DNA of 64,000 nucleotides, taken from positions 368,838,001 through 368,902,000 of the forward strand of contig OZ024740.1 of NCBI GenBank assembly GCA_964016885.1. Direction: 5' to 3'. The stretch is from Eledone cirrhosa (Eukaryota). The position numbers were made by a program, and so were the translations under genes. Below, piece by piece: positions 12,036-26,479 of the stretch (positions are counted from its first letter, which is position 1; the number at the start of each line of letters is the position of its first letter). The notes beneath the pieces were generated by a model. The model searched no databases and was not told the origin of the DNA. It saw only the letters and a list, made by a program, of their open reading frames with translations.

Positions 12036-13285
12036 GCCGTAAGCAACCAATCACATACTTTCTCTCTTGCTTGAACACAGCCACATAGCGATTGTTAGCC
12101 ATTTTTGAATCTAATTTTGGCGGGATCGGATTGAAAAACTAGATGTCTGATTTTGAGTTTGTCTCCTGATGAATCCTAACTCAGGATATTCCTATTATTT
12201 GGATGTCCAAAATAAGGAAGAAACCATGGTAGAGATATAAATACTGTATGTGTGCATTTCTTCTAAGTTTAATTTTACAACTAATTGTGTATGGTTGATG
12301 GTATATTTAGTCAGTTTCTACATGCTGTCGAAATGTTGGATAAATACTCGACTGGGGCCGCCGCGAAGAGGCTACGCTCGGTTATTTGTCGGAGATTTCC
12401 CCATAAGAGCATTTATTCTTATAGCTTGTTCTGATGGATTTTTTATATGGTGAATTATGCTAAATAGAAGAAGAAATAGTATATATGTTATTATCTGATG
12501 ATTCTAAAGACATGATTTATGATATAATGCTCTGATTTTTTAATTTATTAATTCTTCATAGAGCTTAAAAGTGACCAGTTGCAACGTATATATATCTTTA
12601 ACTTTATGTATATGTTAATCTTTATATTTAATAATCTCCCAATAGGTTGAGATTAAATTTGGCGATAGTTGGCTGCGCTTTCCAGCAGCAAGCCTACCCG
12701 CCGTAAGCAACCAATCACATTCTTTCTCTCTCGCTTGAACACAGCCACATAGCGATTTTTAGCCATTTTTGAATCTAATTTTGGCGGGATCGGATTGAAA
12801 AAAACTAGATGTCTGATTTTGACTTTGTCTCCTGATGAATCCTAACTCAGGACATTCCTATTATTTGGATGTCCAAAATAAGGAAGAAACCATGGTGGAG
12901 ATATAATTACGGTATGTGCACATTTCATCTAAGTTTAATTTTACAACTTATTGTGTATGGTTGATGGTATATTTAGTCAGTTTCTACATGCTGTCGAAAT
13001 GTTGGATAAATACTTGACTGGGGCCGCCGCGAAGAGGCTACGCTCGGTTATTTGTCGGAGATTTCCCCATAAGAGCATTTATTCTTATAGCTTGTGCTGA
13101 TGGATTTTTTATATGGTTAATTATGCTAAATAGAAGAAGAAATAGTATATATTTTATTATCTGATGATTCTAAAGACATGATTTATGATATAATGCTCTG
13201 ATTTTTTAATTTATTAATTCTTTATAGAGCTTAAAAGTGACCAGTTGCAACGTATATATATCTTTAACTTTATGTATATGTTAAC

Positions 13286-13290
<5 letters not shown>
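12036..13290 (+). repeat. Two-copy 664-bp tandem repeat carrying HHRs (retrozyme-like or PLE pseudo-LTR tandem)
   Basis: 12036-12625 matches 12700-13290; no meaningful ORF; ends in (TA)n. Confidence 0.85.
12161..12236 (+). ncRNA. Hammerhead ribozyme with two-hairpin stem II region (second copy 12827-12902 has GUG at the cleavage site)
   Basis: TCTC-CTGATGA-[ATCCT/AGGAT][TTCCTATTATTTGGA/TCCAAAATAAGGAA]-GAAAC-CATG-GTA-GAGA. Confidence 0.65.
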
Positions 13291-13379
<89 letters not shown>

Positions 13380-13910
13380 TCATATATACGTATGTGTATA
13401 AATTTATTTGTTTATTTATTTTATTTATATGTATGTAAGTATAATCACGTATATATTCCGATCATATTCTGTCTCTTTGACATTCAGGATCATTGATCAG
13501 CCGTATATTTGGAGATATTTTTAGCGCACGGCGTTTTGATGAGCATATAATGAATGACCCACTAGGAAAGATGTCTGAATGGAATCATGTCAGATCGAAC
13601 GAATATATTGATTTTCGACTGAAATCTATTATTGTGTGAATAGTTCTTGATGTAAAACGAAGTAATAATGCATACATTGTGCAATTTGCAGTTCTTCTGC
13701 TTTTCAATCATTTTTATATATCTCGATTTTTTTATAGTTTGTGGAGCAGTCCTTGTTTTTATTCAAAATATATATTCCGAGTCCATTAGATATTGTGTTG
13801 TAATATCCATTTCTAAACTAGGTTATATACAATTCTTGTATTGGTTAAGGTTTTATTTATTACAGTTGAAATATTAGTTGCTTGGTCAAAAGTATTTTTA
13901 TTATATCTTT

Positions 13911-14078
13911 GGCAGTATCGGTAGAGGCTCGGATGCCATGCTTTGCAGCATATAATTACGGCTCTTTATATCCCACCGAGGTTAACTTTGCCTTGCATCC
14001 TTACGGGGTCGATGAAATAAAGTACCAGCTATGTATGAGATAATTTCTGGCCTTTTGCCAAAAGTAGAAACAATTATA
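13911..14078 (+). mobile_element. tRNA-derived SINE copy
   Basis: Homologous to 240-420. Confidence 0.75.
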
Positions 14079-14384
14079 TATTCGAAGGCGAGAAGAGAAG
14101 GCGAGTTTATAGTCAAATGCGATGGAATAAACAACGTGAGCTACATTTGTTTGAAATAAACTCTTTCCGATTTTCTCGCTGATGACTCGATGAATCTTCT
14201 ACATATAATATCACTATTATCATCAGTCATACACTCACACTTATTCATAAACACACCCACACATGCATACACACGCACGCACGAAAACACACGCACAGGC
14301 ACACATACATATGCATATATACACATATATATATATATATATCGCTTTTATATATTGGTTTATTTATATCTGGTTTTATATATA

Positions 14385-15960
14385 CAGATTATAGTGAATG
14401 GTACCAGCACGATAATTGATTGGGAGAAGTGTTGGGAGGTGCTGGAGTGTTTAAGGAGTACTTTAGAAAGGTGTTGTAAAAGTGCCCTCCTGATGGTTCC
14501 ATTTCAATAAATGACCTTATAGCTGAATCAACTATCTTAAAATTATAAAGAAAAACTACAATTTTCTTTATTAAAGATGAATTTGTGAGTGTGTGTGGCA
14601 CCTAACCAAAAAAAAAACCGTTTACCAAGGCGAAAGTTACGTGTAACAATGGAACAATGCAAGTCAAGAAATGAGGGGACCCTCGATGCGGAACTTGGGT
14701 AAATCTCCTTTAAAACCAATGAGATTTTCAAAATTAATGAAAACATTAATTTACGCTGAAACCTACCCACAATGTAAATAATACTACATTGGTGAAACCG
14801 GAATTGGTCTACATGACAGAGTTCGTGTACATAAACAACAAATTAGAAATCCCTCTGTCAGAAACACCACATGCAGTGAACACTTCACATCATGCGGTAA
14901 AGGAAAATTCACAATCTTCCCCTTATTTAAGATATGATCGGACAATGAAAATGTCCGGAAATATAAAGAAGTACAAATAGAAACTAGAAACCACTACTGA
15001 ACACACACAAAAAAATGATATTCCATCTTCCAATAATGGGATTCTCTCTCTCTTCATTTTTTCAATAAAAAGGGAAGAAAATATCCAAATAGAAGTGGTT
15101 AACACCCACACATTCAAACATTCGATCGTTGAAGAGTAGAACAACCCTCGGAGGTATATATATATGAGTGCGTGTGTGTATGTTTGTGTGTGTGGGGGGT
15201 ATAAATATATGTGTGAGTGAATGTGCATGTGTAAATATATGGGTATGCATGAACTAGAATATGTATATGGGCTGAGTGTATGTTTGTATGAAGAGAAGTA
15301 ATTATGTGAGCTAGCATCATCTCCCCTAACTCCCTTTCCAATCCAATATCAACTAAATACATTTATTTCAATAATTATACCGATATTACCTTATTTTCCT
15401 CTTTGCTATCATCCTCTTTTTATGCTCTAAAGACATGTATCTTATACCTCATTACAACCCACCCGCAGACGCACACCAAATTTCCTCTTTAAGATAGTTC
15501 ATTCATCAATAAGGAAAGAATTTGAAAAGCATCTGGCCATTATATTTTATTCATCAAATGTACATTGAAATAGAACCACCAGCAGAGCACTTTCACAAGT
15601 CCTTTCTAAGTCCTTAAACACCCCAATACCTCCTAACCTCATTCTCAATGAATTATCTTGTTTTTAGAATTCACTATTTTCTTTCACCTCTTGTGTGCAT
15701 ATATATATGCTTTAATTCATTTAAATCCTGATCAATACTTCTTCGTTCCAACACTCATTAGACAACGCCACATTCGATTCTCTTATATATTAAGTCACAC
15801 ATCACAACGCAACCTGAGATCAGTTTGACAATCACCACCGATGAATGCGAGAAATTTATCCAGGAAAGTTAACCAGGAATCTATAAATACCCTCCCCACC
15901 AAAGTTAACAAAGAACTTACTAGATCTACAAAACCAAATTGTAAAATTATAATATTATGA
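14385..15960 (+). mobile_element. Decayed Neptune-like PLE 3' fragment with old inverted segment
   Basis: YIGETG..RVRVHKQQIRNP..SEHF remnant at ~14780-14900; 14389-14600 is a diverged inverted copy of 15500-15680. Confidence 0.55.
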
Positions 15961-16042
15961 AATTGAATTGTTTAGAAATACATGTGAAGATATTATTTTC
16001 CTTCAATTTCACTCTCTTATATATATATCAATATATATCAAT

Positions 16043-16082
<40 letters not shown>

Positions 16083-16378
16083 AAAAAAAACCACCACACC
16101 ACATACATGTTATATCCCTATATATAAAACAACACACCACATACACATCAGTTTGACAAGCGCACCTCAGCGTGAAAGGTCTTTCTAAAAACGAAACAAT
16201 ACATCCTACGTTAACCAAGACCTCCTAAGACCTAACCAACAACCAACAACTTAATTTATAAAAAAAAAATTTTTAAGAAAAATTTTTTCTAATCCGGATA
16301 AAAATTATTTTGAGATTTTGTGAAGAAAATTAATTTGTTGAAAGCACAAGTGAAGCCATTTCCCCCCCCCCCCCTGTC

Positions 16379-16426
<48 letters not shown>

Positions 16427-16579
16427 CGAGAATCGTTTTCAGCTCAGGGATTAACCAAAATCAACGTCCGATATGATTCATGTGAATCAGAGCTACAACA
16501 TACGTTAAGGGCCAAACACACTGAGATGGTGGTAAACATATCATCGGCGCAGCCAAGACAAACGACCAAGTAATTCGGG

Positions 16580-18545
<1,966 letters not shown>

Positions 18546-19817
18546 ATATCAACATGTATTCGAAATATAACAAAGGAATATATAAAATCAATGGGTCCGA
18601 AATCAGAGACAGACAGGACGACTGACCAACTAGCCTCTTTCACATTGGTCAGTCGCCCTCAAATGATAGCAACTCGGTCTACGATTGACCATCTGGTGAG
18701 GGTGCGAAAGCTTATAATCTACTACCACCCCTCCTTCAGAGAATAAAAAAGAAGAAAGAAAGAAGAAAAGTCAGCGTAAGGGTCACACTACAGTCAAGCT
18801 AGAAGACGCCGCGAAAAATGTTATTCCAAAGAACCCATATTTTAACAAAGGCATATATATGGGCGTCTGTATGGTCTAACGTGTGAATAGAAAATTGGAA
18901 TGTTAACTATATTAAGAATTATAGTATGAAATTAAATTATTAAAAAATTAATAGAAAATTAAAGGTTTGTGTTGCGAGAATTATTTAATGAAATTACCGA
19001 GAGAGTCTTAAATGAAAAAGTTTAAGTGTATTATAGGGAATCTCGATAAGTTATCAAGGTGGGATTTAGAGTAAAGATAAAAGCCTTCGATCGTAAATCC
19101 CAGCCAGCACCTCCCAACCACGTGTCAACCAGTTTCGACTGGTATCGTCTAGAGAAATAATTGGAAATTAATTTTTCCGAGTACTCTAGGAACGTAGCTG
19201 CGATAGGACCCGAGTGTGCTAGCGGGAAGTCAATCAGCTTCTACAGGCCATCGTCTATACCAAACGAATACTATTAATTCACACAGAGGGGTTTATTTAC
19301 GAGCCAGCACAGGGAGGCATGATACAGCTAACAGTTATGCCTAAGCCTAGAGTTTATAGGTATGAGTATAAAGTGGCGGTTAAAACAGGCGGTGCGGCGG
19401 GCCCCGGGGCAAATCGATCCGCTCCGCGTAGTTTCGTTTCACGAAAGAGAGGAACATTTATTTTTCAAAGCACTCAAGGAAGGCTGAACTTTCCTAGCGC
19501 CCGGCGCGCAGCCGGGACATCCACCACATCAGTCGAAAGTGGTAAAACCCAATGAAAAATGCCAATAGACTATAATCATTTTTAAGTCCCAGTTATTCCG
19601 GGTTATATGTAGTCCAGCCTCCTGTGATTTTATTTATAATGATTAACTCCGTATTAGCCCCACGAACTACACAAACGAAGATGGGTGAACTGCACTACGT
19701 TGAGTACTTTCCATAATATTACATAAGATTGACCATACGGAATGACCAATTCTATCCAGTGGTGAACCAACAAACCTAAATAAATGAATATATATATATA
19801 TATATAAAATTACACCA

Positions 19818-20226
19818 AAATATTAATAAATATAGACATGCATGGGATAAATATATTTTATTATACATATTTCAGAGGTACTGAGCTATTTCAACAGTAC
19901 GTCCTCATCTGATAAAATAAGTTGATGCTTGACATACCTTGACTATGTTAATGGTTATAATTTAGTCATGGCAGTCTAAATTATAACCTAAATTATAACC
20001 ATCAATATAGTCAAGGTATGTCAAGCATCAACTTATTTTATCTGATGAGGACGTACTGTTGAAATAGCTCAGTACCTCTGAAATATGTATAATAAAATAT
20101 ATTTGATCACATGAATGTTTATATGTATTAATATTTTGAAGTAATATTAATAAATCCATAGTTGAGTGCTTCTAAGGTATTATTAAATGTTATTCATTGA
20201 TCTATTCATTGAACTTGTTAAAGTTT

Positions 20227-20231
<5 letters not shown>
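19818..20231 (+). mobile_element. Non-coding fold-back element with HHR between (TA)n tracts
   Basis: 19818-19966 is inverted to 19988-20137; 3' extension to 20231. Confidence 0.7.
20036..20097 (+). ncRNA. Type I hammerhead ribozyme
   Basis: TTTTAT-CTGATGA-GGACGTACTG..CAGTACCTCT-GAAA-TATGTA-TA-ATAAAA; the inverted copy has CAGATGA. Confidence 0.75.
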
Positions 20232-20270
<39 letters not shown>

Positions 20271-20544
20271 TAAACGGAATAGAAAATGCTGACAAATTGT
20301 TCACAGTTGAAAAATGGTTTAATTAGGAATAAAAGAGTATTAGTGATTGTATGGGTTAGTATTCAGTTGTGGTTTTAAGTTTTTAAAGTTTTTATCGGTT
20401 GCGCATTTCTAAATGCTTTTCAAAAATAATTTTGTTCCTATATATATATATATATATATACATAGGAAAAGGTTCCAAACCGAGGTTTGGACGAAACCAT
20501 TGTAAGCTAATAAATGGTTTGAACAGAACTTTGATTAATGTGAT

Positions 20545-20702
<158 letters not shown>

Positions 20703-20969
20703 ACACAAATAAAAGGAATTGCTTCGATAATTTATCATGTGAAAAGCCTTTACATTTTCACGCAAATACTCAACTCAAATTAATCTTTATTTACATTGAT
20801 ACAAGACTGATATGTCACAGGACTGGTTCAATATATCACAAATAGGATTTATTTAATTTCACTCTGAATATATCGTATAACAGACTGAGATATTTCTCTC
20901 AAAATTCCTAGTTTAATAATAGTTTTTGAATGTTCCTAAACGATTGAAGTATGTCATAATTGTCCAGTA

Positions 20970-21212
20970 TAACCACCGTCAGTTTGGGCAGATTAATAGA
21001 AAGAACAGTTAGTATTTCAGGGTTTCACTTTTAAAGATTTTATCATCAAACTCAACCTCATCAAGATGAATATCAACTTCCCAAGTGGCATCTTCAATCA
21101 CATCAATTTTACTTTCATTCTCTTGATAATCAATTTGATTTCGATATTGTCAACTACATTTTCGTCATTGACGACTTAAATGAAGCCGTTAACGCAGGAG
21201 GGATTTCTGCAT
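20970..21212 (-). pseudogene. Possible decayed piggyBac transposase N-terminal relic
   Basis: Frameshifted acidic stretch EIPPA..NDENVVDN..DVIEDATWEVDIH resembles piggyBac N-termini; weak. Confidence 0.25.
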
Positions 21213-21731
21213 AAAATGAGTTTTGGATACTATAATATAATATTTGTTTAGGATTCTATAATATGTCAGGGGATAAAAAAAATCCAATCGACTAATATAT
21301 ATCCCAACTTTCAAGACCAGAATATATGTGCAGTACTATGTTTTTATAAGATATTTGAATACGACTTGTCGTATCTGAACTGATTACAGCAACGAACACA
21401 TTTCAATCTTAAAATATATGTTCGTAATACAAGTTCACTTATCAAGTTAGCTTAACTCACATTTGATGAGATGGAGAAGCCGAATTAAATTATGGCAATT
21501 ATCCTTGGCTATGTATATATGTAAACCATCTCTATATTTCACTCTGATTGAAAACAACATGGACCGGTCTAGAGGCAAATTTCAGACAGAAACACATACT
21601 TTGTAAATGACTGCAGAATTGTGATGAAGTGGGCTACGGAAGTTAATAGAACTTAACACCTTGATATTTCAAGCATAGCAATTTTAAATTGGAGACCAAA
21701 TCTTGAAGTATCGGATCAGCAATCAAACCAT

Positions 21732-21758
21732 CACACACACACACACACACACACATAC

Positions 21759-21789
<31 letters not shown>

Positions 21790-21791
21790 CC

Positions 21792-21837
<46 letters not shown>

Positions 21838-21851
21838 ACACACACACACAC
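21732..21851. repeat. (CA)n microsatellite
   Basis: direct inspection. Confidence 0.95.
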
Positions 21852-24320
21852 ATACCAACACGCATGCATGCCTATATACACGTATAAAACATACATACAT
21901 ATAGACATACCTAAAAACATACCTATTACATATGTAAATTCATATATGCATACACATTCATCGAATTTTTGATGAATACTATCTCGAGCTGTAATGCCAC
22001 AAATACCAGCCTTGTTAAATATCTAGATATTCTTCTGATCACATTAATTGAAATCGGCTATTAACATCGGAGTGATATACATCTCAAACTTGGAATCAAC
22101 TTGACATCAAATAATCATATCAGATAATCGATTTTTCTTTATTTCGCTGCTTTTTTTCTGTTTTTTATTTTTTATTTGTTTTATTTCTGTTTCGGCAAGA
22201 TGATACATATTCTTGATTTTTTTTTATATATTATAGTGTGAAGTAAAATATATTTTTGTAATTTTCCCGTTCTTCGGCAAAGTATTGCTAACAGGTTGAG
22301 TGAATACATAAATGCTCCCGTCTGTGGCTTTAAATATTACAAGCTATGAATTGTTAGAATATATAGTGCACAGGATATAATGCAATAATCGCATTTATAT
22401 GTTTTTCTTTATATCCTCAAGTTGATGAATTGGTAGACTCTTAAAAGTACTACTGTATTAAAAATTATGTGGTACTTGTTCTGATTCTCTGAACTTTGAG
22501 TTTAAATTCAACCGAAGTCTTTTTGAGGTGGATAAATAAAGTAACAATACATGGGTAGAATGTTTCCTTCTCGATTCTTCTTGAAGAAATCACTGTAGTG
22601 CAGAAATACCGAAACGTAAGATATTTCCTTTACGTCTACATCATGAATTGCGAGCTCTTATCTACCTTTATATTCTCAGCCGAAATCACGATAAGAATAT
22701 AAATGTACGTCCGTATGTTAATGCTAAAAATGATACCGTTCTGATGACAACTATGATTTTCAGGCTTTATAGAAGCCTAGGCTTTCATTCATGTGCTGCA
22801 CGCTAAACCAATCAATACAGTGATTTGATGGCTAATTTGTTAAATAGGAGTCATGGTATTTTTGCAAGAATTATTTTATATCGGATACGCTATATATTTT
22901 TCTTTTAATATAGATAAAACTGTATACACCAGGTGACCTACTACATCATCACCTCTGCAAACTGAACCCATTAGAGTCATGTATATATCCATATGACGAA
23001 AACAAATGGACGAACATGTTTGACGAACTGAATAATGAATGTACATCTATCTAATAATACTTATTTCCTGTTAACTTGACGTCTAGGAAATGTGTTACCC
23101 GCCAGTAATACGCCATAATTTGTGGCCAGTTGTGTTGACTGAGCACCATGGTATTTCAACTAGATTATAACGGTGGGAAAATAGTAAAACGGTGTATGGA
23201 GAGAAATATTTGAAATAGATCGTCACGTGTGTTTAATATTAATATAAGATAGTACATGCTTGTTTGTCTGTTAAAAGTTGGATATGTACAGATGAAGCTC
23301 TGTTAAAAAATATGAAGGAGAGCGATTAGATCACCATTAAAAAGAACGTGGATTTATTTAGAGATCCGTTACGAAATGTGCGTAGTAACTACTGGAAAGG
23401 GAAAAGACGAATATTGATAAAGGGAGAATGATAGGTGGGAGGAGAAAGCGGTCTTGAATACAAACAAATTCACATTAGGCAAGCGTGAGAAAGAGTGAAA
23501 ACATCTTTATATCCTTATTTCATATATTACATGGTTAATAGTTAGCTAGTGTCTCTATATCCTTATTACATATAGAGATCCTAGCTAACTATTAACCAAG
23601 GAACGTATTAACCAAAATGCAATGGTAATTAAAAATAAAAATTGAAACTTACAGTATTTCATGTTACCGCCGGCAAAGCATGTAGAATATGTTATTTAAT
23701 AAGAAATGTAATATTGTTTCAAAATACATTTCCTTTAAAGTATAGACAACTAATATTTAAGGAAATTACAGAATATGTATGTAGGTTTTTGTATAAAAGC
23801 TTATTTGAATATCAATGTATTTCAACGAGGTTTTAATTATTAGAAACGAAAATGTAAAAAAGAAAAAATAATTACTTTTATTCGTTCACTATATTGAGCC
23901 TTTAGAATGAGTGCGTGCTGAACTTAATTGGTCATATAGACTCGCGACATTAAGTTTTCACGGCAATTTTCAGTTTCTTGTTCTTATGTGTATCAAGTAT
24001 TTATGATATGAGATATGAACATAGATATCAATACAGACATGAGCTGGCAACTTTCTCACATATTTATGTTGTGAGGCATAGACAGAGACCTGATCCTGGT
24101 GTCTATTTTAAATATGTACATTATAAGCCATAAACATAGGTTTGGACACACACCGCACACATAGTGGCTGCTATTTCTAACAGTTGCAAACAGTTGTTAT
24201 GTTTGCGTCTATGTGAATGTGTTTATCATCAGCTTTTTGAGTAACTTTATCAACTAGAATGAGTTACTTCAGCTAGAAGAATGTCACAAACACATACGAA
24301 TAGAGAATGTTAGTATTATA

Positions 24321-24559
24321 CTAGACCACTCGTCAGCCGCTGTGTCAAGTTCAACTCAAAATATTTGTTATCGTATATCTCGGGAATCCTATATCTCGGG
24401 AACCCATGCTCCGATTTACGCGAAACTAGTTTTATTCCGTTTGTATCACTATTTCAAGGCCAACTTCCTTTTAAAGTATTTTCCCATTAAGTGGCCCTTT
24501 GTGTGTATTACATTACAGACAAGAAAGCAAGCAATCACAGAGTTTTAGTGGTATATAGA
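24321..24559 (-). mobile_element. Short non-autonomous Helitron-like element
   Basis: The - strand starts TCTATATA and ends CTAG, sits between A and T, has a GC-rich subterminal segment and an internal TATATCTCGGGAA duplication. Confidence 0.55.
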
Positions 24560-25548
24560 TCACGTATGATTGTGTTTGAATTAGTATAAGAAATCTAGTT
24601 GTGTCTTTAAATCTATTTATCATTATTTATTATAATTAATTTTTGTACTTGTGGCTTATTATAAATAAATAATCTTGATCAAACGATTACGGAGACAACG
24701 CTTCAGTTCAGAATATTTTACACTTAGAAGAAATGTTCAATTAAATTAAAATCTGCAAACATATCTAAGCGCAGAATTCTCAAGAGAATAATCAGTGTTT
24801 ATCTATGAAAGTATCTTTGTTTACACCGTCTAATGATCTACCTGTAACTTTTTTACAAGAAAAAGATTTCTCCTAGTAAGGATTTTATATAATATTAAAT
24901 ATCAAATGATAGCAATATTTGAAATATGGAGGAAATAGTTTAATCTTTAAAGTGTACAATGGTGTGGGCCGCAACTGCTGGCATAATGAAAATAGATTTT
25001 TCATACATCCAATGTGGTTTTGAATATTACAAAGCAGTCTTAATTAATCTATATGCATTAGATAGAGGTATAAAGATTTTTGTGACCTCCTAAAAATAGA
25101 AGAAAATGTTCTTTCAAAATGCACGTACCGTCTTAAAGAAGAGCGGAATCACAGCCCATATAATGTAGACGTAAATAGACTGTTTCCGAACGAAATAAGA
25201 CAGTATAAAAATGGCTAGAATCCCATCGATCTAAGGTAATTTCGTTTGCTAACGTAATGAGATTGAACGTTAAAATTACAAAAATAACTAAATTATATAG
25301 AATAATAATTAAATAAAATCATAAATTAAAATATCACGTAATATTTCAAAGCTAATTAGCATCCTCGTAATGTTTTTTATCCAAAATTATGTTTCCTCGT
25401 TTTAATGAAGCCGGATCGTTTGATGTAAAATAGAATGAATAATTTTAGTCACACTAAATACGGTGTAAATATATATAATTATACAATGATTTTCAGTGGC
25501 TAATATTTTTAATATCGTAGACCAAAGAAAACTGTGTATAATTTATGT

Positions 25549-25571
25549 TTAATAATAATAATAATGATAAC

Positions 25572-25620
<49 letters not shown>
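25549..25620. repeat. (TAA)n microsatellite
   Basis: direct inspection. Confidence 0.95.
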
Positions 25621-26230
25621 GGGAAGAAGACGCACGAGGTGGCGGAGGTCATGAAATCGCTCCCGTAAGTTTTGAATGTTTAACATATTCAAATCATTTG
25701 TGAAATAACAACTCTTAGTACAAATGCTACGTAAACCACCCGGCTTGAGCCCCCAAAAATTCGGACCCAAAATATATTGTTATAAGGCTCAAATATTCAA
25801 ATATTCAACTTTGTATTGTACACTGTATATCTAAAAAAGAAAATGGCTATAAATGGAAGAAGAACCCCCCCCCTCTACTCTGTCTACACTATATAGAACA
25901 GCCAAACTCACCAACACCAGAAACTAGATACACCACCCACCTCATCACCTGTGTACACTAAACACAACAGCCAGATAACGACAATTTCACCACCACCGCT
26001 CACTACTGCCATCATTACCACCACTATCCCATCACCACTCCTTCACTCCTTCACTGCTACCACGTCTACAACACCATCACCACAGTAATACGACCACATC
26101 GCCACCACCACTGCCTCGGTATCGACATCACCACCACCACTGTCTCAGTATCGCTACCACCGCCAGTCCTCCACTTTTCCCAGCTGGCTGCTGCCACCAC
26201 ATTATAGAATTCCTACTACTAAAAAAGAGG
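25621..26230. repeat. Unclassified dispersed repeat, copy 1 (copy 2 at 30025-30400, continuing ~30540-30730)
   Basis: 25621-25995 aligns with 30025-30390; both abut (TAA)n and run into CCA-rich sequence. Confidence 0.7.
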
Positions 26231-26479
26231 AAGGCATCAAAATAAATATATAGATAGACTCAAAAGAAAAAAAGAAAATCAAACAACAAAACCAAAGCAG
26301 CACAGCAACAACAGTAAAAAACGAGAAAAACAAACAGAGAAAAACAAAAACAAAAAACGTAAAGAAAATAAGAATGAAGAGAGAAGCGGGCGGACGGACA
26401 GAGAAGAAGAGGGGGGAAAAACCAAAACTAAAAAAACAAAAACTAAGTCAGACATTCGAACACTACATTACAATGAAAC

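Noticed and set aside
12036-13290. LTR retrotransposon or CRISPR interpretation of the direct repeats
   Set aside because: No TG..CA ends, PBS/PPT or gag-pol; no short repeat-spacer periodicity; eukaryotic context
22575-22630. Degenerate HHR-like words here and at ~15838, ~16430-16495, ~54727-54770 and ~59405-59445
   Set aside because: Cores are mutated and stems incomplete; cannot be told from chance by eye
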